DNA from: a virus
Virus genome (UHGV): UHGV-0185026
Reading direction: 5' to 3' (one strand)
Length of the DNA: 26,209 bases
A program made the position numbers and the translations under genes. Each line of letters opens with the position of its first letter. The stretch's first letter is position 1. Positions 1 through 9,441 of the stretch are shown one piece after another. The notes under the pieces are model-generated. The model worked only from the letters and a program-made list of their open reading frames with translations. It was not told the origin of the DNA and made no database searches.

Positions 1-1063
1 CTTCTCCCAAACCAAGGTATGCGAGAAGACCAGCTACATCCTTTCCACTCAAATTAGTCAGCGTATTGTCCAGCGGTTGTTTACCTGCCAGCGCATTAAG
101 CATTGTCGTGGCAAAGTTCGGATCATTCCCCAGTGCCGCCGCCAGTTCGTTCAGTGTATCCAGTGCCGCGGGTGCAGAACCCACCATTGCTGCAATCGCT
201 GATTTCACAAAAGCCGTAGTGGCAATCTGTGTATTGTTGACCGACTGTGCCGCAGTAGGTGCTGTTGGCGTTCCGGTGAGTGCCGGACTCGACAGCGGGG
301 CTTTTAGTGCCAGCGCATTGTTAATGGTGGTACTGAATTTCGGGTCATTGTTAATGGCTGCGGCAATTTCTTTCAGTGTGTCCAGCGTGGCTGGCGCACC
401 ATTAATAAGAGCCATCAGTGCCGCCTGAACAAACGCGGTGGTCGCAACCTGCGTGGTGTTATTCCCCGCCGCTGGCGTTGGCGCTTTGGGTGTCCCGGTA
501 AACGTCGGACTTTCTTTGGGTGCATACTGTGAATGCGGGTCCGGTGCGGCAAGATGTTTTGCCATCAGGTCATCCACGTACACCTTCAGCTCCAGTGCCT
601 CGTCATCCACATACTTGCGGGTTGCCAGCACTACGGCAGGGTCGATTTTCAGGGTGATATTGTCCGTGCTGCTGGTAATCAGCACCATGCGCACGGTCTG
701 GGTGCGCCCGCTGCCTTCAGCCAGTTGCGGCTTGTAGCTTTCCGGGCAGTTGCCCACGGCAATCAATGCCCCGGATTCATCAAACAGGCCCACTTCACGT
801 ATCCACCAACCACCCTCGTTTTCAGGGATCACCTGTTCAGCAATAATCTGGCTGCTGTTCTGCGGGTCGATATAGAGCATATTCAGCGCAGCCCGGCGTT
901 TCTCATTTACCAGTGCAGTCTGCTTTGCGTCTGGCGTCGGCAATGTTCCGCCACCATCGCCCACCGCCATATGGGTAATTTTTAGCGGCACACCGAGCGC
1001 GGCGGCGCTGGCAAGTTTCGCCGCGCCAATATCCGTCAGCAGGGTATAAAATTTTGTGCTCAT
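1..1063 (-). CDS. H: Tail fibre protein (P2 gpH-like), N-terminal part; the gene continues beyond the window start
   Basis: ATG at about 1063 overlaps the stop of gene I (ATGA). Hand translation begins MSTKFYTLLTDIGAAKLASAAA...MAVGDGGG, typical of P2-family tail fibre N-termini. No stop within the window, so it is absent from the ORF track. Confidence 0.75.
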   Translation of the reverse strand, partial: MSTKFYTLLTDIGAAKLASAAALGVPLKITHMAVGDGGGTLPTPDAKQTALVNEKRRAALNMLYIDPQNSSQIIAEQVIPENEGGWWIREVGLFDESGALIAVGNCPESYKPQLAEGSGRTQTVRMVLITSSTDNITLKIDPAVVLATRKYVDDEALELKVYVDDLMAKHLAAPDPHSQYAPKESPTFTGTPKAPTPAAGNNTTQVATTAFVQAALMALINGAPATLDTLKEIAAAINNDPKFSTTINNALALKAPLSSPALTGTPTAPTAAQSVNNTQIATTAFVKSAIAAMVGSAPAALDTLNELAAALGNDPNFATTMLNALAGKQPLDNTLTNLSGKDVAGLLAYLGLGE

Positions 1064-1665
1064 GGATTCACTCTCATTGTGTCAATAACATGGACCGCCC
1101 CGCCTTCATGCGCGGTGCCGCCAGAAATAATTGTTTCGTTGATATACGGATAGATCGTGATTTCTTCGCCAAGATAGCTGGCGGCCCCAACCCAATGCGG
1201 ACCGCTGGTCTGCAGATTGATGGACATGCCGATCATGTGACGGCTACATGGTTTGGCATCGCTTATCAGCCGCTCAAGTTCCAGATAGGTATCTTCAGTG
1301 ATGCCCTGGTCCTGCACGCCGATATCCAGGCGAAACGTGCCCGGTGTTTCTCCGGTCTGCCACCACTCAATAATGCGGATCAGGAATCCGAACGGTTCCA
1401 CCACCCGCCGCACGGCACTGGTGGTTCCTTTATGCTGATGAATATAAAAAGCATCCTTCACTACCTGGCGTTTGACGCTTTCTGTCCAGCCCTCGTCCCA
1501 GCGATCCACAGAGAACGCCCAGGCGAGATAAGGCAGGAAGCTGACCGGACAGGTAGCCGGATTCCACAAGTCACGCAGCGGCACCTGCAAATCAGAAATC
1601 CCGCTACAGGTTTGCGCCAGTCGGCGCTCCAGTGAAGTTGAACCCGGTGGCAGTAGACTATTCAT
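1060..1665 (-). CDS. I: Baseplate assembly protein gpI
   Basis: 201-aa ORF MNSLLPPGSTSLERRLAQ... in the position and with the size expected for P2 gpI, between J and H. Confidence 0.85.
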   Translation of the reverse strand: MNSLLPPGSTSLERRLAQTCSGISDLQVPLRDLWNPATCPVSFLPYLAWAFSVDRWDEGWTESVKRQVVKDAFYIHQHKGTTSAVRRVVEPFGFLIRIIEWWQTGETPGTFRLDIGVQDQGITEDTYLELERLISDAKPCSRHMIGMSINLQTSGPHWVGAASYLGEEITIYPYINETIISGGTAHEGGAVHVIDTMRVNP

Positions 1666-2566
1666 CCGTTCCTCCGTTGGTTACGCTCCACTGCGTACAT
1701 GATGCCGCCTGTGTTTTGTTCAGGACCACATCCGCCAGCGGAGAAGCCAGTTCCACACGTTGAACACCCTCAACATGCAGAGCAGCAAAGATGGCGCTAC
1801 GGCGAATATCCCGACCAAGCCTCGTCTGGCTGGCAATGTACTTCTGCAGACTGGCTTTTGCCGCTGCCATTACCGGCTCTGCTTCCGGTCCCGGATAGAG
1901 AAAAATGGTGGCTTCCACGCGATACGGGATGATTTCTGCGCTGCGAACCGTAAGACGGTCAGCCACCGGGCGGACGTTCTCACTGTTCAGGGCTTTCTCC
2001 ACCACATCCAGCAAGTCTTTTTCTGCTGTTCCGTCGCCTTCACGACTCAGGACAGTCAGTACCACCTCTGCAGGTGCCGGACTGGTTGCACTGGCATCCG
2101 CCACCCGACCGTCGGCGCTTCGGGCATGAAATTCATAAGCGGCAGTTGGCCCCGCAACAGAAAGCCCTTCAAAAGCCGCAGGCACACGCAGGCGTAACGC
2201 TTCATCGCTTTCCATCACAGCCGCAACGGGCGGCACAGCGTCATCATCAGCAGGTGTTACCGTCAGGCGTTTCACGTTGTAATTGGCGGCGATCTGGTCC
2301 AGATCGTCCCCTATGGCATAAGCCACCATCACCGCCTGTGCGGCTTCGTTAATGCGCTGGCGCAGAAGCAACTCACGGTAAGCGTTCTCCTGCAACAATT
2401 TGGTGACGGGTTCAGATTCCAGTTCCAGCGTGCGGATCACTGCTTCCTGCTCATCTTTCGGATGAAGCGCCACAAATTCTGCCTTGCGTTCGGCAAGCAG
2501 CGTCTCAAAGTCCGGCACATCCACAATCTGCGGTGCAGGCAACTGCGAAAGGTCAATCACTGCCAT
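1658..2566 (-). CDS. J: Baseplate assembly protein gpJ
   Basis: ORF 1658..2605; the likely start is the internal Met (MAVIDLSQLPAPQIV...). Position between W and I; start overlaps the end of W. Confidence 0.85.
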   Translation of the reverse strand: MAVIDLSQLPAPQIVDVPDFETLLAERKAEFVALHPKDEQEAVIRTLELESEPVTKLLQENAYRELLLRQRINEAAQAVMVAYAIGDDLDQIAANYNVKRLTVTPADDDAVPPVAAVMESDEALRLRVPAAFEGLSVAGPTAAYEFHARSADGRVADASATSPAPAEVVLTVLSREGDGTAEKDLLDVVEKALNSENVRPVADRLTVRSAEIIPYRVEATIFLYPGPEAEPVMAAAKASLQKYIASQTRLGRDIRRSAIFAALHVEGVQRVELASPLADVVLNKTQAASCTQWSVTNGGTDE

Positions 2567-2912
2567 TCTCTGCTCCTGTTGATACTGAAAGGGACACAGG
2601 CACACCGTTATTCCGCCGCCCGGTCAGCTCCACCACCATTGAACCGTCAAAATTGCTGTTAATAGTGATGGAATCCAGCGTCAGCCGTGGCTCCCAGCGA
2701 CTCAGTGCCACATACACAGCCGACATAACCTGCAGGCGTAACGCCGGATTTTGTGGCTGATCTATCAGTGCCGACAGCAGGGAACCATATTCCCGACGGG
2801 CAATGCGGCTACCCTGCGGCGTCAGCAGAATGTCCCGCACCGACTGGCGCAGATGGTCAATATCAGTAATGGCTTTACCGCTGGTATTGTTCATCCCGCT
2901 ATAAAGCGTCAT
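2553..2912 (-). CDS. W: Baseplate assembly protein gpW
   Basis: 119-aa ORF, with the size and position of P2 gpW between V and J. Confidence 0.85.
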   Translation of the reverse strand: MTLYSGMNNTSGKAITDIDHLRQSVRDILLTPQGSRIARREYGSLLSALIDQPQNPALRLQVMSAVYVALSRWEPRLTLDSITINSNFDGSMVVELTGRRNNGVPVSLSVSTGAENGSD

Positions 2913-3487
2913 ACCGGGCCTCCGGTTGTGTCGCCGCCTTTCAGGACGCCAGTATGCTGATGCGCATCAACCACGATCCCGTTAGAACTCATCGCTCCGC
3001 CGCCCTGGGTAACACCACCATTGATCACCACTTCGCTGTTAATGCGCGTGCGGTCAGCCTCCAGCACAAACTCACTGGTTTTCAGGGTGATATTGTCAGC
3101 GGCCTCAATGACCATTGATTTGATGCCCCTGACATACCAGCGTCCGGTGGCGGGTTCGTATTCAAACCAGCCGCCGTCCGGGTATTCCGTCACGTTGCCG
3201 TCCTCAGAGCCTGAAGGTGGCGGAAACTGGTTTGAGTAGACCGCAGGCAGGGCAAACGCGGTTTCCAGATTGCCGCCAAGGCTGAACAGCACAACCTGCT
3301 CACCCACAGACGGTTTCCACCAGGTGCGCGATTTGCCCGCGCGCAGCGTCAGCCAGCTGATCCAGTTGGTTTCGAGGTCGCCAGTTTTCACCCGACACAG
3401 CCAGTTTGCCCTGTCCACTTCGGTGACTACACCTGTGCGGATCAGGTTGGTGATAAGGCGCATGATTTCGGTTAATTGTGCGTTCAT
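2909..3487 (-). CDS. V: Baseplate spike/assembly protein gpV
   Basis: 192-aa ORF MNAQLTEIMRLITNLIRTG...WKPSVGEQVV..., P2 gpV-like; its stop overlaps the W start. Confidence 0.85.
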   Translation of the reverse strand: MNAQLTEIMRLITNLIRTGVVTEVDRANWLCRVKTGDLETNWISWLTLRAGKSRTWWKPSVGEQVVLFSLGGNLETAFALPAVYSNQFPPPSGSEDGNVTEYPDGGWFEYEPATGRWYVRGIKSMVIEAADNITLKTSEFVLEADRTRINSEVVINGGVTQGGGAMSSNGIVVDAHQHTGVLKGGDTTGGPV

Positions 3488-3532
3488 AGGGAAAGGTTGC
3501 CATCAGGGGAAGAAAGGCGGCAGTGCTGCAAC

Positions 3533-3550
3533 TTGTATCAGTGCTGATAC
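3533..3550. promoter_or_regulatory. Candidate late-activator (Ogr/B-type) binding dyad TGT-N12-ACA upstream of V
   Basis: Perfect palindrome TGTATCAGTGCTGATACA in the S-V intergenic region, where P2-family phages carry the V late promoter. Coordinates approximate. Confidence 0.35.
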
Positions 3551-3555
3551 AAAGA

Positions 3556-4002
3556 TCACCCCGCCAGCCATTGCAGAATCATGTCGCGGGTCATTGCCTC
3601 AACATCATCATTTACACCCAGAAGGCGACGCTCTGCGTAACGGACCTCAGGTCCTTTGCGACTGACGCGATCGCGCAAGCCGTAATGGTGAACACGGGCA
3701 ATGCGCTGCACCTTACCTTCAAACTGCACGCTGGCAGAGTCGGCGCTGGCGGCAGTTTTCAGGTATTTTGTGGTGCGCAGCTTTGTAAACATCTGACGTT
3801 TGATGCGCCCCTTTTTGCTGCGTGCTGTTACTCTGCGCGGCTCATAACTGCCGCCATCTGGATTGCGCTGCATCCTGATGTTCTGCTGCTGTATCCGGCG
3901 CAGTTCCTGCGCCAGCTGGTGCATCATACGGCTTCTTGCGGCTGGCTCCAGATTCGCCAGCAAGGCACTCAACCAGTCGTCCACCTTCTGCAATTCAGCC
4001 AC
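3556..4002 (-). CDS. S: Tail completion protein gpS
   Basis: 148-aa ORF in the P2 S position; start overlaps the end of R. Confidence 0.8.
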   Translation of the reverse strand: MAELQKVDDWLSALLANLEPAARSRMMHQLAQELRRIQQQNIRMQRNPDGGSYEPRRVTARSKKGRIKRQMFTKLRTTKYLKTAASADSASVQFEGKVQRIARVHHYGLRDRVSRKGPEVRYAERRLLGVNDDVEAMTRDMILQWLAG

Positions 4003-4447
4003 GTTTCACCGTCCACATTTCTTCAGGTTCATCGGGTTCCGCTACAGCTTCAACACTCGACACACTGCCATCAGTGCTGACCAGCACACGCTCCGTCAGT
4101 TGCAGGTTCAGGCTGATATCACAGACATCGTTGCGCAGAATATCCACCTCAAAGGTGAATAGTTTTTCCCGTAACGCCGGGTTATTGATGGCATCGGGCT
4201 GGTTATCACGCAGCCACAGCAAAACCGGGGCCATCAGCAGATTCTGGTCGCCGCTGAAATCCTCAATCACCACGTTCAGGGTGTAGCGGTACTCCCATGA
4301 CATGGAGCTGGCCCCCGTGGCAACCAGCGAACCGTTATCCACAAACAGATGCAGTTTGTCCGGGTTATTGCGGACATAAGGCACTGCTTTATTGAGGGCG
4401 TGGCGCAGGGATTGTGGTTTGTTCACTGTTTCGCTCCTGACACGCAA
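3995..4447 (-). CDS. R: Tail completion protein gpR (exact start uncertain)
   Basis: 150-aa ORF; the segment KPQSLRHALNKAVPYVRNNPDKLHLFVDNGS resembles the P2 gpR N-terminus, so the true start may be a few codons inside the ORF. Confidence 0.8.
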   Translation of the reverse strand: MRVRSETVNKPQSLRHALNKAVPYVRNNPDKLHLFVDNGSLVATGASSMSWEYRYTLNVVIEDFSGDQNLLMAPVLLWLRDNQPDAINNPALREKLFTFEVDILRNDVCDISLNLQLTERVLVSTDGSVSSVEAVAEPDEPEEMWTVKRG

Positions 4448-4679
4448 TAATCATGTCCACTTTGTCTGCACAGACCGCCCAGGCGGCCTCCGTTTCATCC
4501 AGCAATGCGTTCAGATCACCGTTATTGTGTGGCGCTGCCTGATCCAGCTGACACGGCGTCACTCGCGGACAACCACTGACGGTAAGCTGCACCTCCGGTG
4601 AGTGCCGGACGTTCCCGCAGCCGGATAATGTCAGCAGGCAAAGGAGTATCAGCCCAGCGGCGTAAATCCTCGTTCTCAC
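4389..4679 (-). CDS. lysC: LysC, Rz1-like outer-membrane spanin lipoprotein, embedded out of frame across the lysB/R junction
   Basis: 96-aa ORF with signal peptide and lipobox (LTLSGC); overlaps the 3' end of lysB and the 5' end of R as in P2. Confidence 0.6.
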   Translation of the reverse strand: MRTRIYAAGLILLCLLTLSGCGNVRHSPEVQLTVSGCPRVTPCQLDQAAPHNNGDLNALLDETEAAWAVCADKVDMIIACQERNSEQTTIPAPRPQ

Positions 4680-4950
4680 GTTTCAGTTCCTCAATCCGAT
4701 GTTGTCGTTGTCTCAGCAGCGCGCTGGTCTGTTCTGCTTCGGCATAGAGCCGCGCCTGCTCTTGGTTATTGGTTTCAGTCAGAATGGACAGGCTGATAAG
4801 CTGGCTGTTGCTCTTTGCCAGTGCCTGGCTTTTGCTCCGCAGCTCGTCTGCCTGCGTGCTGATGGTCTGGCTGGCATCAGCCAGCCGCCACGTCTGCCAG
4901 CCCAGCGACGCCAGTAATAACGCCAGCACAACCAGCAGCAACCGGTTCAT
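4522..4950 (-). CDS. lysB: LysB, Rz-like inner-membrane spanin
   Basis: 142-aa ORF with an N-terminal transmembrane segment followed by a charged, coiled-coil-like region; sits in the lysis cassette downstream of lysA. Confidence 0.7.
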   Translation of the reverse strand: MNRLLLVVLALLLASLGWQTWRLADASQTISTQADELRSKSQALAKSNSQLISLSILTETNNQEQARLYAEAEQTSALLRQRQHRIEELKRENEDLRRWADTPLPADIIRLRERPALTGGAAYRQWLSASDAVSAGSGSATQ

Positions 4951-5324
4951 GCTGCTACCTGTTGCGCCATCTGGTTACGAGTGATCCAGAAGGCAATAAC
5001 GGTCAGCAGATAAAAGACCAGGGTAATGGCCCACCCCGTCCAGGCGAGACTTACGATAATCAGCAATCGCATAACCCAGCTGATAAATACGTTTTCTTTT
5101 CGGGTAATGCTCTTCAGCAAAGATGCCCTCAACTCCTGCCAGAGCGGGCCGTTCTTAATTAACGCAACCAGTGCTACCGGAATTGCCCCCCATGTCAGCA
5201 GGCAGGCTACCCAGACACCGGACGCTGCCAGTACCGGAAAAATCCCCTGCGGATACACCATTGCTGCGATTAACAGCGCCATCCATAACATCAGAAACAG
5301 TCCGCTGATTAATTTCTTTTTCAT
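4947..5324 (-). CDS. lysA: LysA-like membrane protein (lysis timing)
   Basis: ORF 4947..5396; the likely start is MKKKLISGLFLML, one nucleotide after the K stop. Several hydrophobic helices. Confidence 0.6.
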   Translation of the reverse strand: MKKKLISGLFLMLWMALLIAAMVYPQGIFPVLAASGVWVACLLTWGAIPVALVALIKNGPLWQELRASLLKSITRKENVFISWVMRLLIIVSLAWTGWAITLVFYLLTVIAFWITRNQMAQQVAA

Positions 5325-5325
5325 T

Positions 5326-5838
5326 TCAGTTTGCTCCCTGTAAACACCAGGCCATCTCCCGCGCACGGCGGTTATCCAGCCCCTGATTAAACACACCTTT
5401 TACATAAACCCAGCGCGGCAACTGTCGGCACGCATCCGCCCAGCGCCGCTGATTGAGCAATTTCACCAGCGTGGAGCTGCAGGCATTGCCCGTCCCCACG
5501 TTGAAGGCAAACGACACCGTAGCGTCATACACCTTCTGTGGTGGCTGTTGCTTCACACACCTTTCCAGTGCCCGCTCCACACGCAGCACGTTGGAGATCA
5601 GCCCTTCTGCTGCCTGTCGTTCCGTGATTGTTTTGCCGGGAATGACGCCCGATGTATTACCAATGCCGTCGGTCCAGACACCCGCGCTGCACTGATACGG
5701 CTGCAGACGACAGCCTTCGTAATCGGCAATCAGTTTCAGCCCCTCCACGGAGGTGTGAAGCTGCTGAAAACCCGGCAGCGTGGCAGCAATAGCCAGCACA
5801 GCCCCGACAAGGCAGCGTTTAACGATTGATGGATTCAT
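5326..5838 (-). CDS. K: Endolysin (lysozyme, P2 gpK-like) with an N-terminal hydrophobic signal-anchor-like segment
   Basis: 170-aa ORF with a hydrophobic N-terminus (LVGAVLAIAATLPGF) and a lysozyme-like ADYEG...GVWTDGIGNT region. Confidence 0.8.
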   Translation of the reverse strand: MNPSIVKRCLVGAVLAIAATLPGFQQLHTSVEGLKLIADYEGCRLQPYQCSAGVWTDGIGNTSGVIPGKTITERQAAEGLISNVLRVERALERCVKQQPPQKVYDATVSFAFNVGTGNACSSTLVKLLNQRRWADACRQLPRWVYVKGVFNQGLDNRRAREMAWCLQGAN

Positions 5839-6034
5839 AGTCCTCCCGCGAGATCTGCCCGTCGCGCAGAAGCTGGTAGGCTTTGTGTTTGTAGTACCAG
5901 TTGATAGCCAGCATCAGCACACCGATCATCAGGCCGCCCAGCGTTGAGGCATCCTTGATGGACAAATCGCCCAGCCAGGCCAGCACGACGGCGATGCAAT
6001 ACGTGATAAAGGCGCTGATTCGCTCAAGCGTCAT
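5819..6034 (-). CDS. Y: Holin
   Basis: 71-aa protein with two hydrophobic helices and a charged C-terminus, immediately upstream of the endolysin and overlapping its start. Confidence 0.7.
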   Translation of the reverse strand: MTLERISAFITYCIAVVLAWLGDLSIKDASTLGGLMIGVLMLAINWYYKHKAYQLLRDGQISREDYESINR

Positions 6035-6037
6035 AAT

Positions 6038-6241
6038 TCAGTCCCATAGCTGGACGGTCTGCACGGTGGTGGTTGTCGGAATGTCCGGCAGCTCCACCTG
6101 CAGCCCGTGAGGTAAAAAGGGGCCGTATTCGGCAAGCCCCGGATTTGCCTTCAGTACCTGCTCCGTGACACCCTGCGTGCGCCCGTAATGACGCCAGCAA
6201 AGCGCGTCCACCGTGTCATACTGATGCGCACGCACTTTCAT
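6038..6241 (-). CDS. X: Tail protein X (LysM-like)
   Basis: 67-aa ORF MKVRAHQYDTVDALCWRHYGRTQGVTEQVLKANPGLAEYGPFLPHGLQVELPDI..., matching the P2 gpX pattern. Confidence 0.85.
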   Translation of the reverse strand: MKVRAHQYDTVDALCWRHYGRTQGVTEQVLKANPGLAEYGPFLPHGLQVELPDIPTTTTVQTVQLWD

Positions 6242-6705
6242 CAGATAAGCTCCACTGTGCAGTGCGGCGCATCCTGCACCCGACTGATGGCCCAGCGGGC
6301 GTCACGCCACAAATCACCGCTGGATTCCGCCAGTTCCTCGCCCCGCTTCACACCGGATGCCGTGGCGTCATAGTCCTGGTATCGTTCGTTGAGCATGGCG
6401 CGTGCCCAGCAGTAAACCGCGTTGAAATAGTGCTGAATGCGCTCACTTTTGCCGTCCAGCTGTTCCGCCGGAACCTCAGCCAGCGACACATATCCCAGCA
6501 TCTGCTGACGTCTACGAAACTCATACAGCTCTGCGTTGACCTCCGAAATTGCCGACAGGGCAACCTGCTTTAAACGCGGCTGCGTCACCGTGCCGTCAGT
6601 GCGCATCACGCTGCGAAACTCCGACAGGTCCACATCAGGCCAGAACGGCGTATTTCTGATGATTTCCGCCTGTTCCGGTGCCTGTTCTGGCGCAACAAAC
6701 TTCAT
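6241..6705 (-). CDS. L: Head completion/stabilisation protein gpL
   Basis: ORF 6241..6768; start placed at the internal Met (MKFVAPEQ...), which is preceded by an AGGAGA ribosome-binding site. Confidence 0.85.
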   Translation of the reverse strand: MKFVAPEQAPEQAEIIRNTPFWPDVDLSEFRSVMRTDGTVTQPRLKQVALSAISEVNAELYEFRRRQQMLGYVSLAEVPAEQLDGKSERIQHYFNAVYCWARAMLNERYQDYDATASGVKRGEELAESSGDLWRDARWAISRVQDAPHCTVELI

Positions 6706-6800
6706 GCTGCTTTCTCCTGAAATAGAGGGCGGTGGACGGGATTTTGATGTGGCTGTGCCTTTCGCCACCCCGTGCCGCCCGTGCGCGGGGGCACGTTCTG

Positions 6801-7451
6801 TCAGCGGCTGTCATTGCGCAGTCTGCGCTCCAGCTGCTGTTTGTCTTTTTTCACGCCACAGCGGGGATCGAGCTGTAACGCATGGTTGAGATGGTTAAGG
6901 GCAGAAGCCGGATTGCTTTCACTCAGGACAGCGCCAATCGCTTTATGCAGACGCGCCCGTGACTGGTCCGGCATATCCAGACCGTCTGTCAGCTCCAGCG
7001 TCTGCAACAACAGATCGGCATCAAAGCCGGTGGCGGCAAGCATTGCGCTCTGCGCCGCGTCTGCCATTTCCTCTGCCAGCACGGTCTGCACATTGCGGTT
7101 ACCCAGCGGCATCACCCAGCCATGACGCAGGGCATGACGCCCGATCTCCAGCGCCCCGGCATAATCTCCGGCATCAATGCGCCACAGCATCACGTACATC
7201 AGCACGTCATCCTGCTGTGCGCCTCCGGCAGTCAGGACACCCTCTGCCCAGGCGGCGTACTTCGGCAGCAGCTCCACCTTGATTTCCGCTTTTTTGACCG
7301 TGGACTGAACGCCCTTGAGACGGCGGCGGTCTTCCGCCAGTTGCAGCAGCATCAGGTCATAGCCCGACGCGTGGCGAACACTGCCGCCCTCGCGGGCGGC
7401 CTGTTCAGCCTGAACGCGCAGGCGATGCTGCCGTGCGGGACTCAGGCTCAT
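6801..7451 (-). CDS. M: Terminase small (endonuclease) subunit gpM
   Basis: 216-aa ORF downstream of capsid gene N, in the P2 M position. Confidence 0.85.
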   Translation of the reverse strand: MSLSPARQHRLRVQAEQAAREGGSVRHASGYDLMLLQLAEDRRRLKGVQSTVKKAEIKVELLPKYAAWAEGVLTAGGAQQDDVLMYVMLWRIDAGDYAGALEIGRHALRHGWVMPLGNRNVQTVLAEEMADAAQSAMLAATGFDADLLLQTLELTDGLDMPDQSRARLHKAIGAVLSESNPASALNHLNHALQLDPRCGVKKDKQQLERRLRNDSR

Positions 7452-7454
7452 GGT

Positions 7455-8513
7455 TTATGCTCCGGCTTCTGCGGCGGCGGCGCTGAAGTCGCCAATCTGG
7501 ATGTTTTCCACCAGTGCTGCGCAGCGGTAGTCCTCAACCACATAGGCTTCGTTAACGGATTCAAAGTTTTCAATCCGGTCACGTTTCGGGTTGTCGATAA
7601 CCGAACGGCGGCGGGTGTCCTCCTGCCAGTAAATGGACAGGTTATCCAGACGGGTGATCAGCAGCGCATTCGGCGGGAAGAACGGCGCACGCACGGCCTG
7701 CAGACCACCCATGCGTTTCTGACTGATGATCATATCGGCAGCCAGTTTTTCACTGTTTTCCTGCTCTTTGTTGACCAGCGGGAAATACTTGTCAGACAGC
7801 AGCTCACGACCGCAAATCACCACCAGATCGTCATCGTCCTGGTAGACCACGTCGATAAGCTCATTGACCGCATCCATCACCACGGCGTCCAGGTTGGCAT
7901 ATTCGCCACCTTTCCCGACTTTCACCGCACCCGGTATGGTTTCACCGCCCGTGGTGGTGCTGCCCATGACGTGATCCGGTGCATCCTCACGGATTTTCTG
8001 CAGCCAGCCTTTGTTCACATCCTGCAGCAGCGGGTTTTCGCTACGGTTAGAGGTTTTCGCACGCTTCACTCCGTTAAAGCCAATCATGATGCGGTCCAGT
8101 GCCTGACGTTTCACGATGGCGTTACGGATACGCACCTGGAAATCCTGAAACTTCGCCCACAGGTCCAGCTTCGCGTAGGTCAGCACCGTGTCAAAGTTGG
8201 TCTGTTCGCATTTGTATTCCACATCGACCATCAGCGTCGGATCGACAGGTTCACGCTCTTTCGCGGTGGTGTCAGTGGTTCCGGCAATGGTGCTGCCAAC
8301 ACCCAGCCCCAGCAGCTGACCGGACTGCTCAGTCACTGGCGTGACGTTAATCAGCGTCAGGAAAGCGGCGGACTGCTGGATCTGGTCTTCCAGCGTCTGC
8401 TGCACAGACGGCTCTACAGTGAACTTGCTGGACAGTTCTTCAACTGCCACACCGTTCAGACGTGCCAGTTGCTGCAGGTAAGCGTTAAAAGCAAAGCGGG
8501 TATTCTTCTTCAT
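7455..8513 (-). CDS. N: Major capsid protein gpN
   Basis: 352-aa ORF MKKNTRFAFNAYLQQLARLNGV..., with the size and position of the P2 N capsid protein. Confidence 0.9.
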   Translation of the reverse strand: MKKNTRFAFNAYLQQLARLNGVAVEELSSKFTVEPSVQQTLEDQIQQSAAFLTLINVTPVTEQSGQLLGLGVGSTIAGTTDTTAKEREPVDPTLMVDVEYKCEQTNFDTVLTYAKLDLWAKFQDFQVRIRNAIVKRQALDRIMIGFNGVKRAKTSNRSENPLLQDVNKGWLQKIREDAPDHVMGSTTTGGETIPGAVKVGKGGEYANLDAVVMDAVNELIDVVYQDDDDLVVICGRELLSDKYFPLVNKEQENSEKLAADMIISQKRMGGLQAVRAPFFPPNALLITRLDNLSIYWQEDTRRRSVIDNPKRDRIENFESVNEAYVVEDYRCAALVENIQIGDFSAAAAEAGA

Positions 8514-8529
8514 CAGGTTTTGTGCTCCA

Positions 8530-9363
8530 TCAGCAATTGGTCAGAGTGTCAGCGGGGGCGTTACCGCCTGTTGCACGCTGGCGGTAGTCCTGGCGGCTGT
8601 CTTCATGACTCAGCTTATTCACCAGTTCGTTAAAGGCGGTTTGCTGCTCCTGCAGAGCAGTCTCCAGCTCAGACAGGCGTTCTTCCTGCTCAGACAGGGA
8701 TTTTTCGGTGCGTGCGCTCAGGTTCTGCTGCTCAGTGGCGACCAGCTCTACGGCCTTATGCACATCAGAGAACCGGGCGTCATCGGACTGCTCTTTTTTG
8801 GTAAACAGCGCCGTGACACGGGCAAACAGGGACGGCTTGTCCTCCTGGATTTCTTCCAGTTCGATCACCGTTTCCTCTGCAGCGGTAAAAAGATTGGCGG
8901 GATTCTGCTTGCGGTTTGCCAGCGGGTTATGGGTTGCACTGGCGCTGAATGTCAGCATTTCCGTACCCAGACTGGCGGGATCATCAGTGGCAGCCAGGCC
9001 GACCAGGTAGGCTTTACCCGTATCAGCGAACTTCGGGCTGACTTCCATAGAGGTGAATAATTTCTGGCCTTTTTTCACCAGTTCCACCAGGGACTCCGTT
9101 GGCTCAACGTCGGCATACAGCGCCATCTTGCCTGCCAGCGGACCTTCCGTGATTTCTTCAGCAAACAGCGCCGTCACCTTGCCGTAGCGGTTAAAGGTGC
9201 TGTCCGGCAGATAAGACTTGATGTGCTCAAGGTTAATCAGCGCGGTATACACCGCCGGGTTGTAGCTGGCTGCCATCTGTTCCAGCCATTCACGCTGGAT
9301 TTCGCGTCCGTCGGTGGTGGCACCTTCCACCCCGATGCGAAAACGCTTTGCTTTCACTGTCAT
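8530..9363 (-). CDS. O: Capsid scaffolding protein gpO
   Basis: 277-aa ORF MTVKAKRFRIGVEGATTDGREI..., first gene of the rightward late operon, divergent from P. Confidence 0.85.
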   Translation of the reverse strand: MTVKAKRFRIGVEGATTDGREIQREWLEQMAASYNPAVYTALINLEHIKSYLPDSTFNRYGKVTALFAEEITEGPLAGKMALYADVEPTESLVELVKKGQKLFTSMEVSPKFADTGKAYLVGLAATDDPASLGTEMLTFSASATHNPLANRKQNPANLFTAAEETVIELEEIQEDKPSLFARVTALFTKKEQSDDARFSDVHKAVELVATEQQNLSARTEKSLSEQEERLSELETALQEQQTAFNELVNKLSHEDSRQDYRQRATGGNAPADTLTNC

Positions 9364-9441
9364 GAGCCGTGCTCCGTTAGAAAAAACTTACTGGAGCCTT
9401 ATGGTTGCGGTGATGGGGGCAGTGAAACAATGCGCGGTATT

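Noticed and set aside
66-985. Plus-strand ORFs 66..428, 438..737 and 533..985
   Set aside because: They lie antisense to the tail-fibre gene H, whose N-terminus reads cleanly on the minus strand; their low-complexity A/S-rich translations are frame shadows of the fibre repeats.
1054-1635. Plus-strand 193-aa ORF
   Set aside because: Antisense to baseplate gene I, which has the expected P2 position, size and coupling.
7122-8633. Long plus-strand 503-aa ORF
   Set aside because: Antisense to capsid gene N and terminase gene M; its translation is Q/H/R-rich low-complexity sequence typical of a shadow ORF in GC-rich coding DNA.
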